From: a virus
DNA length: 64,000 bases
Virus record (IMG/VR): IMGVR_UViG_3300036715_002161
Span: 32,001-96,000 of that record
Reading direction: 5' to 3' (one strand)
Part shown: piece by piece, positions 44,792 through 55,486 of the stretch
How positions within the stretch are numbered: position 1 is the first letter of the stretch
How the letters are laid out: each line of letters starts with the position of its first letter
Program-made: the position numbers and the translations under genes
Notes under the pieces: model-generated
Databases searched by the model: none
What the model was told of the DNA's origin: nothing
What the model saw: the letters and a program-made list of their open reading frames with translations, nothing else

Positions 44792-45169
44792 ATGGCTGAG
44801 ACAACTACCAGTTTAGGTACAGACCTAAACAGCATACTCGATACTATAAAAGGATATAATAGCGCTATAAAAGCTCACCTATTATCTCCAGTAACAGACA
44901 CACCTATACTGTTAGATTTAATTAAGCAGTTTAATATTGATAACATAATAACCAAATCTAATAGAGAAGCCTTTGCTGGAGGGGACTTAGATCGAGGGGT
45001 GTTAGTAGATGTAATACATCAATATGACGCCCTTATGAGAGAAATATCTATGAGAGCATCTGCCAAGCTAGAATACTACTCTACTGCCGCGGTTGAACTA
45101 GATAATATAAACTCTAAGCTTGATAATCAAAGGGGAATATTTATTAATACTATAAGGGGATCTGCATGA
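44792..45169 (+). CDS. hypothetical protein
   Basis: Coupled ORF. Confidence 0.55.
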   Translation: MAETTTSLGTDLNSILDTIKGYNSAIKAHLLSPVTDTPILLDLIKQFNIDNIITKSNREAFAGGDLDRGVLVDVIHQYDALMREISMRASAKLEYYSTAAVELDNINSKLDNQRGIFINTIRGSA

Positions 45170-45663
45170 ACCCACGCATAGGCATTGCCGAGAACCTACC
45201 AGTAGGAGCCACCAATGATTTATTATTGGTAAGTACTCCTGAGGGCTATCCACAAGGCCAGCTTTTTTTTAAATTTGAGGACACCCCTAGAAAAATTACG
45301 GGTATTCAGAAAGTAGCCCAGCTATTTTTTAAGATACTTTTTAGCACAAAAGGCTCTGATCCGGTTCGGCCCAATATAGGCACGACTTTTTCGGCCAATA
45401 CGATAGGGGCCAACATAACCACTAATGATAGTGTCTTCTTGGCAACCATAACAGATGCTATAAACGATGCGGGTAATCAGGTTAAAGGTATTCTAAATAC
45501 CCAGGGTAGTGACCCTGCTAGTCAACTAAGTAGATTATCTATTCTTGGCATAACCACTTTTAAGGATGCCTTGGGAGTATATGTTCAGATAACTACTGCT
45601 GCCGGTGAATCCGCCTCCGTGGCTATACCTTTCCCGGAACTTAACCTACCCCTTTCCAGTTAA
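45166..45663 (+). CDS. baseplate wedge gp25-like protein
   Basis: ITGIQKVAQ...ILFSTKGSDP..P.IGT. Confidence 0.7.
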   Translation: MNPRIGIAENLPVGATNDLLLVSTPEGYPQGQLFFKFEDTPRKITGIQKVAQLFFKILFSTKGSDPVRPNIGTTFSANTIGANITTNDSVFLATITDAINDAGNQVKGILNTQGSDPASQLSRLSILGITTFKDALGVYVQITTAAGESASVAIPFPELNLPLSS

Positions 45664-45671
45664 AATAACAC

Positions 45672-47669
45672 ATGACTATTACTACTGACCTATTCAGCTA
45701 TTTACCAGGCCTTCAAGTATCTCCCAACGAAATCTTAGAGAGTGAGTTATTTTGCCAGCAAGTGTTACAGGCTCAGTTCCCCGACACTGATTGGAGGCAA
45801 GGTACGGGTGTTACCGATATGGTAATTAGGCCTAGTGCAACTCTACTGGCCTTAATTAATAAGGCACTAATTTTCTATTTCTCTCAAAATACCTTGGCCA
45901 GTGTAACCAATGACACTTCTACCAGTATCGTAGATAGTCTGTTGTCCAATTGGTTTATTACTAGAAATCAAGGATCTGCCTCAGTAATTAATGCCAGACT
46001 ATATTTTGCTGTATCTAAAAATGTCATCTTAAATACGAGTACATATTTTTCCCCAGATAACGTCTTACGTTTTTACCCAAGTGGTTCTCTGGCATTCAAT
46101 GCAGATCAGATGAGTCTTGATATACCCTCTAATTCTTGGTACATAGATGTAGACCTGGTGGCAGAAACTCCAGGTAGTGGCTATGACATAAGCTCAGGTA
46201 GTCTATTATATTTCACCACATTCGACACTTATTTCTTACATGCCGAGATCAACTATTTGTCAGCGACATCGATTTCCTCCGAGAGTAACCTAGATTTTGT
46301 AAAAAGAACTTCGGACAGTATCTCTACTCGTAATCTTATAAATAACCCCAGTATCAGCTCTAACCTACTGGAGAATTTTTCCCTTATAACTGAAGTAGCC
46401 TCAAAAGGTCTAGGGGACCCAGAAATGATTAGGGATCTTAGTCTAGTAACACCCCCATTTCCAAACGTACCAATATGGGTACATACGGGAGGTATGGTGG
46501 ACGTATATTGCAGAGTACCTTTGACTACTAATACGTTACAATTTGTAACTGATGTTAATGGCAAAGTCTATATACCCGGCCCTAACTACAAAGGCATTCG
46601 CTCAGGCGTAACCGGAGGTATAGACGTTGATACAATGTTTGTAACTCATTGCCAAGCCTTACCCAATACTTTTCAAATTACTGTAGATTCTACTAATGGA
46701 CTCGTCCTATTTGGGAATATAAGTATTGAAGGGGCGGCTCCTGGAAATAATACCTTAAATACCCAGATAACGGCCATATCCGGGTCTCTTATTACTGTGG
46801 CCGACAAGATTTGGAATACTCTTTCGGACGCCGTGGTAGGCCCTGCCTATGTTGTTAGCAATCCTAATTTTGGTCAAGCTTCTGGCGTGTCCTTGAACAG
46901 TGGCTCTAATACTACTAATACTTTTGCCTTTTCCCCTTTTGCCGAAGTTTCTTTTGCTGGATTAGTCATTAGTGGTACTACTGGGTTAGCCACGGCCACC
47001 AGACCAGATCATGGTATCACTCCCGGTAGGTATGTGACCATATCAGGAGCTACTCCTACAGGATATAATGGAACTTTTAAAGTTCTGTCATCTACAAAAG
47101 ATACTTTTACCTATGAGATAGCTCCTAGTGTGACCGGGGCGGCTACTGGAATAATTAGCCTGTTCTATGTAGTTCCCAATAGTGATATTGGTTTTAGCAG
47201 TAGGCAACAATTACTATACGACTTTGGTACTGGCCAGGCCAATAAGACAGTTAGTCTTTCATTACATTCTTTTCAAGGATTGGACGGTATTCAGAACTAC
47301 CTATCCAGTAAGAGTAATAAGGTCTTGGCTGCTGATTTATTGGCTCGTGGATTTAATCTATGTATGCTGGATATTGAAATAGTAGGATATACTGGGGTAG
47401 CACCTAGTTCTGCCTTGTCTCTATCCCTGACACAAAACTATCTGTCCTCTTTAGTTCCAGGCCAGGTTTTTGTTATGTCTGACCTGCTATCTACTTTGTA
47501 CTCTGGCGGTATTACTACTATAAAGACTCCAATATCAATTACTTATAATATATATACCCGTGACCTGGTTCCTCCCATATCTGGTACTATTACGGACACC
47601 TTAAACACTAGAGATTCAACCAATATATTTATGGTTAATAGCATTAGTACTAGCTCAGAAAATGTCTAA
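45672..47669 (+). CDS. baseplate wedge J/gp6-like protein
   Basis: GT...DMVIRP, VAETPGSGYDI, ESNLDFVKR, GGMVDVY. Confidence 0.7.
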   Translation: MTITTDLFSYLPGLQVSPNEILESELFCQQVLQAQFPDTDWRQGTGVTDMVIRPSATLLALINKALIFYFSQNTLASVTNDTSTSIVDSLLSNWFITRNQGSASVINARLYFAVSKNVILNTSTYFSPDNVLRFYPSGSLAFNADQMSLDIPSNSWYIDVDLVAETPGSGYDISSGSLLYFTTFDTYFLHAEINYLSATSISSESNLDFVKRTSDSISTRNLINNPSISSNLLENFSLITEVASKGLGDPEMIRDLSLVTPPFPNVPIWVHTGGMVDVYCRVPLTTNTLQFVTDVNGKVYIPGPNYKGIRSGVTGGIDVDTMFVTHCQALPNTFQITVDSTNGLVLFGNISIEGAAPGNNTLNTQITAISGSLITVADKIWNTLSDAVVGPAYVVSNPNFGQASGVSLNSGSNTTNTFAFSPFAEVSFAGLVISGTTGLATATRPDHGITPGRYVTISGATPTGYNGTFKVLSSTKDTFTYEIAPSVTGAATGIISLFYVVPNSDIGFSSRQQLLYDFGTGQANKTVSLSLHSFQGLDGIQNYLSSKSNKVLAADLLARGFNLCMLDIEIVGYTGVAPSSALSLSLTQNYLSSLVPGQVFVMSDLLSTLYSGGITTIKTPISITYNIYTRDLVPPISGTITDTLNTRDSTNIFMVNSISTSSENV

Positions 47670-50616
47670 TAATATTTCGCAGTTTTCTTCCAAAGGTCTT
47701 GATCTTGGTATAGACTCCAAGGTCTTGACCTTTATGTATGGGTTATCCGACTTTTGGAGATTCATGTTTGAAGACTCTGAAAAAATAAATCTTCTATTAG
47801 AGTCTGGGGCTACTCAGGCATCAGAAATTTATAATCATTTTCTACAACTGACCTCTACCCTTAGTCTGGAGGGTATTTCAGCTCTGACAAATTCCCAGAT
47901 AAAGCTGGTTTTAATAAATTCTACTGACCTGGTACCCGGCACGCCTTCTACTTATAAAATAAATGGTATATCTATTTCTTCTGCTAGGTTTATAGCAGAC
48001 AAACCTTTTCTGCCAACGGCCACCTTAGAAGAAGGAGCTCATTACTTTATAGATGCCGGCTCTAATAATCTGTTACTATATAAACCAATAGAATCAATAG
48101 GTTTTCCTTCTAGAGTATTACCGGACGGTACTACTCAGTATTCTATTTGGATGGTGGATGCCAGGATAGATGAACAACTAATATCTAAGTATTATGGCAA
48201 TCTGATTTCCATAAGCCCAGAAACGTCTACAGATAACTTTAGTAACTTTGTATATGGACTATATTACCTATATACCAATGGTCCGGTTCTAAATACAATT
48301 AAAAAGGCCCTTAATCTAGTCCTAGGCATCCCGTTGGCTAGAGGCGTAGAGACTATACTTGACATTAGGCTATACCCCAATTCGCAACAGTATTTAGTAA
48401 CCACCGATTCCAACTCCTACTTATTACCCTATGGATTATCTCCAACCGGACAGGTAGGGGATGTTCTACAACCATTTCAGGAATTAACAAGTTGGGTAGT
48501 TATTAAGGATTACGTATCCGACGGAGTGTGGTGGCTTAATCTAGCTATACCTCCAGAACTGATACCATACCCCCCCAATGGTAAGGATAATAGGGCTACT
48601 GCTGGTAGTCATGCAGAGTATGTCATGGCCAATTACTTGTACAAAAATACTTTTTTGGTCAATGTAAATACTACAAGTTTCAAAGACTTGGAACTTTTTA
48701 CAAAACTAACAGACGTTATTAGCAGAGTTCGGCCAACTTATACAAGCCCTATTTACATTTGGTCGGTTCCGGTCCCAGATGAAAAAATAGGTATATCAGA
48801 TGCTAATCTAACCCTGGAGGTAGACAGCGTCCAAGTAGAATACGTATGCCCTAATATAGGGGTTTTTACAAGAGACTCCACTACTCCTATTTCTAGAAGA
48901 GGCGGGGCTTTTACCAGATTTTCTGGCCCCTCTTCTATGGACCGTCAGGTTGGAACTAGCCCAATAGACAATGGTACAGGCACCATAGTAAATGGGACTA
49001 CGGTTACTGGCTTTCAAGGCAGATTAAGACAATTTAGAAGTGCGACCAAAAACGAAGAAGGCTGGTTAAAAGCAGTAGTAGTCTATCCTACTGACAACTT
49101 CGTCCCCAACAATACTACACTATCTTTCTGTAGGGGTATAGATACCACTATTTCATCTTGGGGTATACCCGTCTATACAAACCCAGCCTATGCGGGGTTT
49201 AGGTCTGTATATTTACATACTACTAGTGTTGACTCTTTAAGAGCCAATGGCATAGAATTTACAGCCGTTTCAAATGACGTTACAGTACAGGTTACTGATA
49301 GTACGATAGGTAACGGCGATGGTGCTACTTCTAGCTTCAGGATAACTACCGGAGCTCAGACCTTGGTTGGAAATACCGACGTATTCAAAACTAACTGGCA
49401 GGGTAGGCAGTTACAGTATTTAAATCCCAGAACTAACTTATTGACAGGCTCTGAAAGTATATCCAATGGATCCAATGGATGGTATGGTAATGATAGTCCG
49501 GTATACACTACGGATGGTACCATAGGACCAGATGGTGTAGGAGTAGCCCAGTTATTAATTGCAGGTGCTCAAAATTCCGGGTATGGTATTGGGAGCTTCC
49601 AATTAGGCATATTTGTACTTGGTCTGCAATATACTATGTCTTTATTTTTTAAAGTCCCATCTAGCGGTAATTGTAATATAATATTTGGTAGTGATATAGA
49701 GCTTTGTGCAGTAAATACCACTACTTTAAAAGCTTCTTCCACAAAGGGAACTACTACTTTGACCAGTGTTGGTAATGGATGGTATAGGGCAAGTATTACC
49801 TTCACAGCTACAACCCCTAACCCTGTTATATACTCGTCCAATACGGGACGAGTATACATATGGGGTGCTCAAATAGAACGGTCCCCGGTACTCACTTCTT
49901 ATATCAAAACAACCACAGCCCAAGTTACTAGAACGGACTATTCATTAGTAGATGGACAAGTGATAATGAATAACCCTATACCTGAGAGTGGATCTATCAT
50001 TAGCTGGTCTGGGGCCTATAGTGAAAGTAAACAAACATCTAATGGGACTGGAGGATGGCATACTCTGGCTTCTGGATCTAGGAATACAATGGGCATAAAT
50101 ACTGCTCCAATAAATGATGGTACCGGATACTCTGTTGCAAACTTCTTAATCCAAAACTTTAGCTCCTTATTTATAAGGGATACAGGGGCTAATCTACCGT
50201 GGTATTATCCAAAAAACTCGTATACCTCCATACCATTGTCCGTTTCAGACGTTATTTCTGGTGACTTCTTAATGTTTTTTGAGCATGGTGACGACACAGG
50301 TATTAGCGTATATTGGGTAACATCTAATAACAACTTCGTAGGAAGGCCCTATATAAGCACTAACTCCTCTGATGATTTGTCAATAACCATAAGTGGTAAC
50401 ATTTCTAGAGGTATGGGGAATATCGGTAGTCCATATTTTCTGACTCGTGGATCTCAGCAAGTAGTGATAGGCGGGGTAAGGGCTACTAATACCCTGAGTA
50501 TAGATGCTGGTACTACAGACCTAGGAGCCTTATACTCCAATTACTCAGATTCTTTAAACCTTATTCAAAATATGGATAGATCGGGTAAATCCCTAGTGGT
50601 CAAGGGATACTTCTAG
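47662..50616 (+). CDS. large baseplate wedge/tail protein with inserted carbohydrate-binding-like domain
   Basis: NGP....KKALNLVLGIP; RTNLLTGSE...GNGWYR..IWGAQIE...TSYI.TT insertion. Confidence 0.6.
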   Translation: MSNNISQFSSKGLDLGIDSKVLTFMYGLSDFWRFMFEDSEKINLLLESGATQASEIYNHFLQLTSTLSLEGISALTNSQIKLVLINSTDLVPGTPSTYKINGISISSARFIADKPFLPTATLEEGAHYFIDAGSNNLLLYKPIESIGFPSRVLPDGTTQYSIWMVDARIDEQLISKYYGNLISISPETSTDNFSNFVYGLYYLYTNGPVLNTIKKALNLVLGIPLARGVETILDIRLYPNSQQYLVTTDSNSYLLPYGLSPTGQVGDVLQPFQELTSWVVIKDYVSDGVWWLNLAIPPELIPYPPNGKDNRATAGSHAEYVMANYLYKNTFLVNVNTTSFKDLELFTKLTDVISRVRPTYTSPIYIWSVPVPDEKIGISDANLTLEVDSVQVEYVCPNIGVFTRDSTTPISRRGGAFTRFSGPSSMDRQVGTSPIDNGTGTIVNGTTVTGFQGRLRQFRSATKNEEGWLKAVVVYPTDNFVPNNTTLSFCRGIDTTISSWGIPVYTNPAYAGFRSVYLHTTSVDSLRANGIEFTAVSNDVTVQVTDSTIGNGDGATSSFRITTGAQTLVGNTDVFKTNWQGRQLQYLNPRTNLLTGSESISNGSNGWYGNDSPVYTTDGTIGPDGVGVAQLLIAGAQNSGYGIGSFQLGIFVLGLQYTMSLFFKVPSSGNCNIIFGSDIELCAVNTTTLKASSTKGTTTLTSVGNGWYRASITFTATTPNPVIYSSNTGRVYIWGAQIERSPVLTSYIKTTTAQVTRTDYSLVDGQVIMNNPIPESGSIISWSGAYSESKQTSNGTGGWHTLASGSRNTMGINTAPINDGTGYSVANFLIQNFSSLFIRDTGANLPWYYPKNSYTSIPLSVSDVISGDFLMFFEHGDDTGISVYWVTSNNNFVGRPYISTNSSDDLSITISGNISRGMGNIGSPYFLTRGSQQVVIGGVRATNTLSIDAGTTDLGALYSNYSDSLNLIQNMDRSGKSLVVKGYF

Positions 50617-50630
50617 GTTAAAATAATTCA

Positions 50631-51098
50631 ATGAACTTACAAGATAATATTGACTTGACCGGTACTCTGAGTATCTATCTAGATTATGGTGAAGGTAAAG
50701 AACTTTTTTTTAAAAAACAAAACTTAATCACAAATGTGGCTCGTATGGCCCTGCTCAGGTCTCTAACAATTTCTGGTGTTTCAGATCCTATAATAACTCT
50801 ACATGCAGGTACTGGAGGTACTAGTGACACCAAAGGATTATATCCATATGTAGAAAATCCTTTGGCAACCGGGTTGGCCCATGAGGTTATCGGGGTTCCA
50901 GTTAGCACCTTAGAAGACACCAATGCCATTACTATAACCTTTTTGGCCGATATTTTGACCACTCAGGCCAATGGATTACTGATAACAGAGGCTGGGCTTT
51001 TTAAAACAAGTGGGGCCATGTTTAATCTAAAAAACCATCCTGGTATTTTTAAAAGTGCTGCATTCTCCATTCACTATGAGTGGGTAATTGCCACATGA
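50631..51098 (+). CDS. tail-fibre/baseplate attachment protein
   Basis: NLITN...ANG..ITEAGLF motif. Confidence 0.6.
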   Translation: MNLQDNIDLTGTLSIYLDYGEGKELFFKKQNLITNVARMALLRSLTISGVSDPIITLHAGTGGTSDTKGLYPYVENPLATGLAHEVIGVPVSTLEDTNAITITFLADILTTQANGLLITEAGLFKTSGAMFNLKNHPGIFKSAAFSIHYEWVIAT

Positions 51099-51451
51099 GC
51101 TCTTTGACATTTACTACTTCTTTAGTAAATGATTCCTACCATATACAAGTTAACGTAACAGGAGGTAGTCAACTACCTTCTGGGATTTTCGTGTATGAAA
51201 ATTCTGGTACCAACCTACTAGGAAAATACTATGGTATTTGTAGTTTGGCTGAGTTAACCAGACTTACCCTATTTACAGGGGAGGTGTTACCAGTATTCGG
51301 AAATAGGTTTGTCCGTAGTACTCAGGCTGATATCTCTGTCCCATTGGATTCTGATATAGCCGGAATAATAGCGACAATAAGTCACTCTGTAAGATTGCTT
51401 AACAAGGCCTATACTGGTCTTGGGTCTGTGACAAGCATAGTTCCCCTCTGA
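51080..51451 (+). CDS. hypothetical virion protein
   Basis: ORF in tail module. Confidence 0.5.
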   Translation: MGNCHMSSLTFTTSLVNDSYHIQVNVTGGSQLPSGIFVYENSGTNLLGKYYGICSLAELTRLTLFTGEVLPVFGNRFVRSTQADISVPLDSDIAGIIATISHSVRLLNKAYTGLGSVTSIVPL

Positions 51452-51465
51452 GTTAAAATAAATTT

Positions 51466-53349
51466 ATGAAACAGATATACGCAAATAATGCAGCCTCTAC
51501 CCTAAGCGGTAGTATAGACAATATTCAGACTACTATAAACCTGACCTCTACAACAGGTTTTCCTGTACCTGCTGCAAACCAATACTTTTTGGTTACAATC
51601 CAGGCTGGTTCCCAGATTGAAATCTGTAGAATAACTGCGGTTAGTGCTGGAGTATTGACGGTGGCCGCAGGTGGCCGAGGCCAAGAAGGGACAGCTGCTC
51701 AAAGTTTTACTAGTGGGGCCGCAGTAGAGATACGGGTTACCAGAGATACTTTAAACGGTTTTACTAATGCCTTGGGACCACTAACGTCCATAGACTTACT
51801 GGACAAACCCGTAAATGCCCAAAGCAATAATAATAGCTATTTAACTGGTAGTATTGATCTATTCGGTAATCCTGTGGCAGTAATTGCCCGCGATAATTAC
51901 ACTTGGAATTTCTTAAACTATTCTCTTTTATTTTCAGGTACAGTTGCAGGATCAACCTCTGGAACAAGCAATATCTCTACATCAACCGGAACCTTGCCTA
52001 CTTTTACTAGTGGTGGTTCCTGTAATTATATTATTCAGTTTACTTCTGGAGCACTACAGGGTAGATCTAGAAATGTAACATCTTCGGTTTCTTCTACCGG
52101 TATATTATCTTGGACAACGGCTACTGCCTCAGCCCCAGGCAGTGGTGACTCCTTTGAAATATATCAGAATAATAATAGTATTCTAAATAGCCTTTCTAAC
52201 TCTAATATTGTTTTTCCTTTGGCAGGTAGCTATACCTTGCTGGCGTCAGACTCAGGTAAAACGTTCCTGGTAAGCACCGGTTCCATTACCTTGCCTAGTC
52301 CGTCTTCTGGCTTGAAATATAAGCTTGTTGGGGTAAATTCTGGTATTGCCACCTTAGTATCAAGTGGTGGCGTCCCGATCTATCTACCCGATTCAAGTAG
52401 TACGACCTCTTTGCCCGTAGGGCTAGTTACTACTATTGAGGTTGTATGTGATGGTACTAGTTGGTTTGTGCTTAATACTTCTGGGCAAGTGATAACCAAA
52501 ACTGCCACGGCGTCAAATCAGGCAATCTCACGAGGACAGGGAGATATTAGATACCAAGGTATACTAGGATATAACCCAGTAAGACAAGGGAATATATCTA
52601 CCCAGTCGCCTGGGCCAGTAATAAATATCGGGCAGTCTGTAGCTGACAACACCCGTGTTAAGCTTTCTGTAGATGCTACTGACCGAGGCAATGTAGTCTT
52701 GGAGAATGATAATAATACCTTCAATGGTATAAATACATTCAATCAACCAGTATATGTACCTGCGGCTTCTTTGGGGGGTCAGGCAATAAACTTGACTCAA
52801 GCTGATACCAGGTACACCCAAGGTATTAATTCAGTACAAAGAGGTAAGAATACAATTTGGATTCCAGCCGGAGCTATGACGTCCAGGGTCACCTCCGGGG
52901 CCGCTATTGGAATAGTAGAAACTACTTATAATAAGGTTGTGCATAAAACTTTGGATTTTTCCCAAGGAGTTGCCCAGTACGCTCAGTTTAAAGTTCGTAT
53001 GCCTAAGTCATGGAATGGGGCTGCTCCAGGTTTTGGAGCAACTTTTGTCTGGTCTGCTACCTCTGGAACTGGATCCGTAGTCTGGAGTATACAGGTTACC
53101 CCTATTGTCGATGGATCTCTAGATGCCATCTTCGGTACTGCCATAACTACAACTCAGGGTGTTACTACCGGAAATATTTTGACTACTTCAGAGACTGCCG
53201 GGTTTTTACCTACTGGGGCATATGTTAGGGCTTCTGAACCAACCTTGATTTTTCAAGTATCTAGGCTCATAACTGACACTTTAACTACTACTGCTAGCCT
53301 ACACGGTATCAGTCTTAGTTATATTACGGACCAAGCCAACGATGCTTAA
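51466..53349 (+). CDS. tail fibre protein
   Basis: ANNAASTL...EI..IT...RGQEGTAAQSF.SGA.VE.R N-terminus; mosaic C-terminus. Confidence 0.7.
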   Translation: MKQIYANNAASTLSGSIDNIQTTINLTSTTGFPVPAANQYFLVTIQAGSQIEICRITAVSAGVLTVAAGGRGQEGTAAQSFTSGAAVEIRVTRDTLNGFTNALGPLTSIDLLDKPVNAQSNNNSYLTGSIDLFGNPVAVIARDNYTWNFLNYSLLFSGTVAGSTSGTSNISTSTGTLPTFTSGGSCNYIIQFTSGALQGRSRNVTSSVSSTGILSWTTATASAPGSGDSFEIYQNNNSILNSLSNSNIVFPLAGSYTLLASDSGKTFLVSTGSITLPSPSSGLKYKLVGVNSGIATLVSSGGVPIYLPDSSSTTSLPVGLVTTIEVVCDGTSWFVLNTSGQVITKTATASNQAISRGQGDIRYQGILGYNPVRQGNISTQSPGPVINIGQSVADNTRVKLSVDATDRGNVVLENDNNTFNGINTFNQPVYVPAASLGGQAINLTQADTRYTQGINSVQRGKNTIWIPAGAMTSRVTSGAAIGIVETTYNKVVHKTLDFSQGVAQYAQFKVRMPKSWNGAAPGFGATFVWSATSGTGSVVWSIQVTPIVDGSLDAIFGTAITTTQGVTTGNILTTSETAGFLPTGAYVRASEPTLIFQVSRLITDTLTTTASLHGISLSYITDQANDA

Positions 53350-54100
53350 TGTCAATAGCCTTATCGGGTTCGGGGTTGGTGGTTCGGGATATGAAATCAA
53401 GATCTTGGTCAACACCGCAAACTTTTCGCTCACCTCCGCCCTGACTGCCGTAGGCTGGGGCGGCGGCCCAGCTGAGGTGAGAGTGATCGTGGCGCCAGGC
53501 GTGGTAGTCTACGGAACCGCCGGTAATCCTGGATTTACTACAAGTGGCGTTCCCTACGGCTCCGTCATCAATCTAGTCAATTCTGGAATAATTACCGGGG
53601 CGGGCGGTATGGGGGGCGACGCTACACCTGTAACTTATGGAGGCCCTGGAGGCTTTGGAGGAGTTGGCAGTACTGGGCTGATTACAACCGTGCCTATGAC
53701 GATTGACAATTCGGCAGGAGTGATTGCCGGTGGTGGTGGCGGCGGTGGTGCTGGAGGCACCAGTAAAGCTGGTGACGTTTACAGCACTGGTGGTGGTGCT
53801 GGTGGAGGGGGATCTGGCTTTGGAGCAGGAGGATTAGCATCTACAGTACACTACCTTGGAGGCACTCCTCAACCTGGAGCAGTAGGGGGCTTGTTAACTG
53901 GTGGTGCTGGTGGTGCTGGCGATTTCCCCGGGGCTGCGGGTGGCGGTTGGCCTGGTACTGGAATTGGGGGAACTGGGGCAAATCGTGTAGACGATCCCAG
54001 TTCCCTGCTCGGGGTCGGCGGCAATCCCGGAAACTGCACTTCAGGGAGCAGCTTCATAACATGGATAGCTACTGGAACTAGATATGGCACTCTTGCCTAG
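53342..54100 (+). CDS. glycine-rich receptor-recognising adhesin (gp38-like)
   Basis: IAGGGGGGGAGG repeats, C-terminal TW...GTRYG. Confidence 0.7.
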   Translation: MLNVNSLIGFGVGGSGYEIKILVNTANFSLTSALTAVGWGGGPAEVRVIVAPGVVVYGTAGNPGFTTSGVPYGSVINLVNSGIITGAGGMGGDATPVTYGGPGGFGGVGSTGLITTVPMTIDNSAGVIAGGGGGGGAGGTSKAGDVYSTGGGAGGGGSGFGAGGLASTVHYLGGTPQPGAVGGLLTGGAGGAGDFPGAAGGGWPGTGIGGTGANRVDDPSSLLGVGGNPGNCTSGSSFITWIATGTRYGTLA

Positions 54101-54148
54101 CTTATTTAAAAGTGGAGACAACGCGTTGTCTCCTGGAGATAGTTTAAA

Positions 54149-54697
54149 ATGCAGTATTCATTTGTAAACACAGAAGGAAATATAATTGATACCAGGGTTT
54201 TTATCGAAAGACCTGACAACCCCCATTATTCAAAAGGGGTCTGGCTCCCAGATGAGCCTCCAGAGTATAATCCAGAGATTGAAAATCTGGAAGTAGTTTA
54301 TCCAATTTCTATGGTGGCCGACTCCATCCCATACCTAGTCACAGACAAAGACATTGAGGTCATAAGATTGGCCAAAATAAAAGAGATGTACAGAGACTAC
54401 TTAGCAGCCCAACAGTTACCAGTTTATTATATGGGTAGTACTTTTCAGGCCGATCTGGCTAGTCAAGACGTTCTTGCTAAGAGCCTGGCTGGTATGAGTG
54501 TTGTTGCTCCAGCAGGTTTTTACTGGGTAGATGTCCAGAACAACAAGGTAGCAATGAGTTTTGAAAACCTCCAAGGCATGGCTGCCGCCATGTTCCAACA
54601 GGGATGGGATGCCTTTAAAAATCTACAAGATAAAAAAGACTTAGCTAGTTCTCCAGATGCCACCGTGGCAACAATAAAAAATATAACTTGGGCATGA
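54149..54697 (+). CDS. tail fibre assembly/DUF4376-like protein
   Basis: FQAD..SQ...FYWVD..NN.V.M....LQ.M...ITW. Confidence 0.65.
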   Translation: MQYSFVNTEGNIIDTRVFIERPDNPHYSKGVWLPDEPPEYNPEIENLEVVYPISMVADSIPYLVTDKDIEVIRLAKIKEMYRDYLAAQQLPVYYMGSTFQADLASQDVLAKSLAGMSVVAPAGFYWVDVQNNKVAMSFENLQGMAAAMFQQGWDAFKNLQDKKDLASSPDATVATIKNITWA

Positions 54698-54700
54698 TAG

Positions 54701-55033
54701 ATGGAATACGATTCTCGTATAGCAGTAGTAGAAATGAAGGTAGGAACCCTAGAGAAATCAATTGAGACTATGGCAGAAGGTATTCAACAGTTAGTTATTG
54801 CAGAGGCCAAGAGGGAGAACGACAAAGAGATTTTTGATCGTTTGTTTGACTCTATAAAGCAGCTCCGTGAATATTCTTATGCTATAGATAAAAAAATAAC
54901 TGACTACATATCTGCCCAGAATGAGGAGGATCTAAATCAATACAAAACCCTTTTATTTAAAATACTAGGGCTGATAGGTTTAGTCCTGGCCTCGGGTCTT
55001 TCAGGTTTTCTTTTTAAAACTCACCTGTTGTAA
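54701..55033 (+). CDS. coiled-coil membrane protein (holin/XhlA-like)
   Basis: RIAVVE coiled coil plus C-terminal TM helix. Confidence 0.45.
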   Translation: MEYDSRIAVVEMKVGTLEKSIETMAEGIQQLVIAEAKRENDKEIFDRLFDSIKQLREYSYAIDKKITDYISAQNEEDLNQYKTLLFKILGLIGLVLASGLSGFLFKTHLL

Positions 55034-55034
55034 A

Positions 55035-55481
55035 ATGAGAATAGTAATAAGATTCATACAATCTAACTCCTTGGTGTCTAAAGTAATTCGTTACTGGACC
55101 CGAGGGGATTGGTCTCATGTAGAACTTATGATGGACGACGGCTGGTTAGTGTCCAGTATTACTGATGGGGTTGAAATCAAGCCTTTTGGATATAATACTT
55201 CTTTGGTAATGCAGTATACAAACCTGTTTACCACGACTGAAAACTACTGTAAAATAATGGACTTTGCAGCTGCTCAGGTTGGTAAGCCTTATGATTGGAA
55301 ATCCATTTTGGGGTTTATTTTCAGAAGAGACTGGACCTTAGATAATTCCTGGATTTGTTCTGAGCTTATCTTGGCCTCCTTGATGGCAGGCGATGTTACC
55401 GTACTTAATACTAATAAATTAAATAGAGTAGATCCTAATACCCTTTATTTATCCCCGGTTTTTATACCAGAAAGAGGTTGA
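55035..55481 (+). CDS. permuted papain-like NlpC/P60 (YiiX/C92) enzyme
   Basis: WSHVE...QVGKPYD...WICSEL. Confidence 0.8.
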   Translation: MRIVIRFIQSNSLVSKVIRYWTRGDWSHVELMMDDGWLVSSITDGVEIKPFGYNTSLVMQYTNLFTTTENYCKIMDFAAAQVGKPYDWKSILGFIFRRDWTLDNSWICSELILASLMAGDVTVLNTNKLNRVDPNTLYLSPVFIPERG

Positions 55482-55486
55482 CCTAA

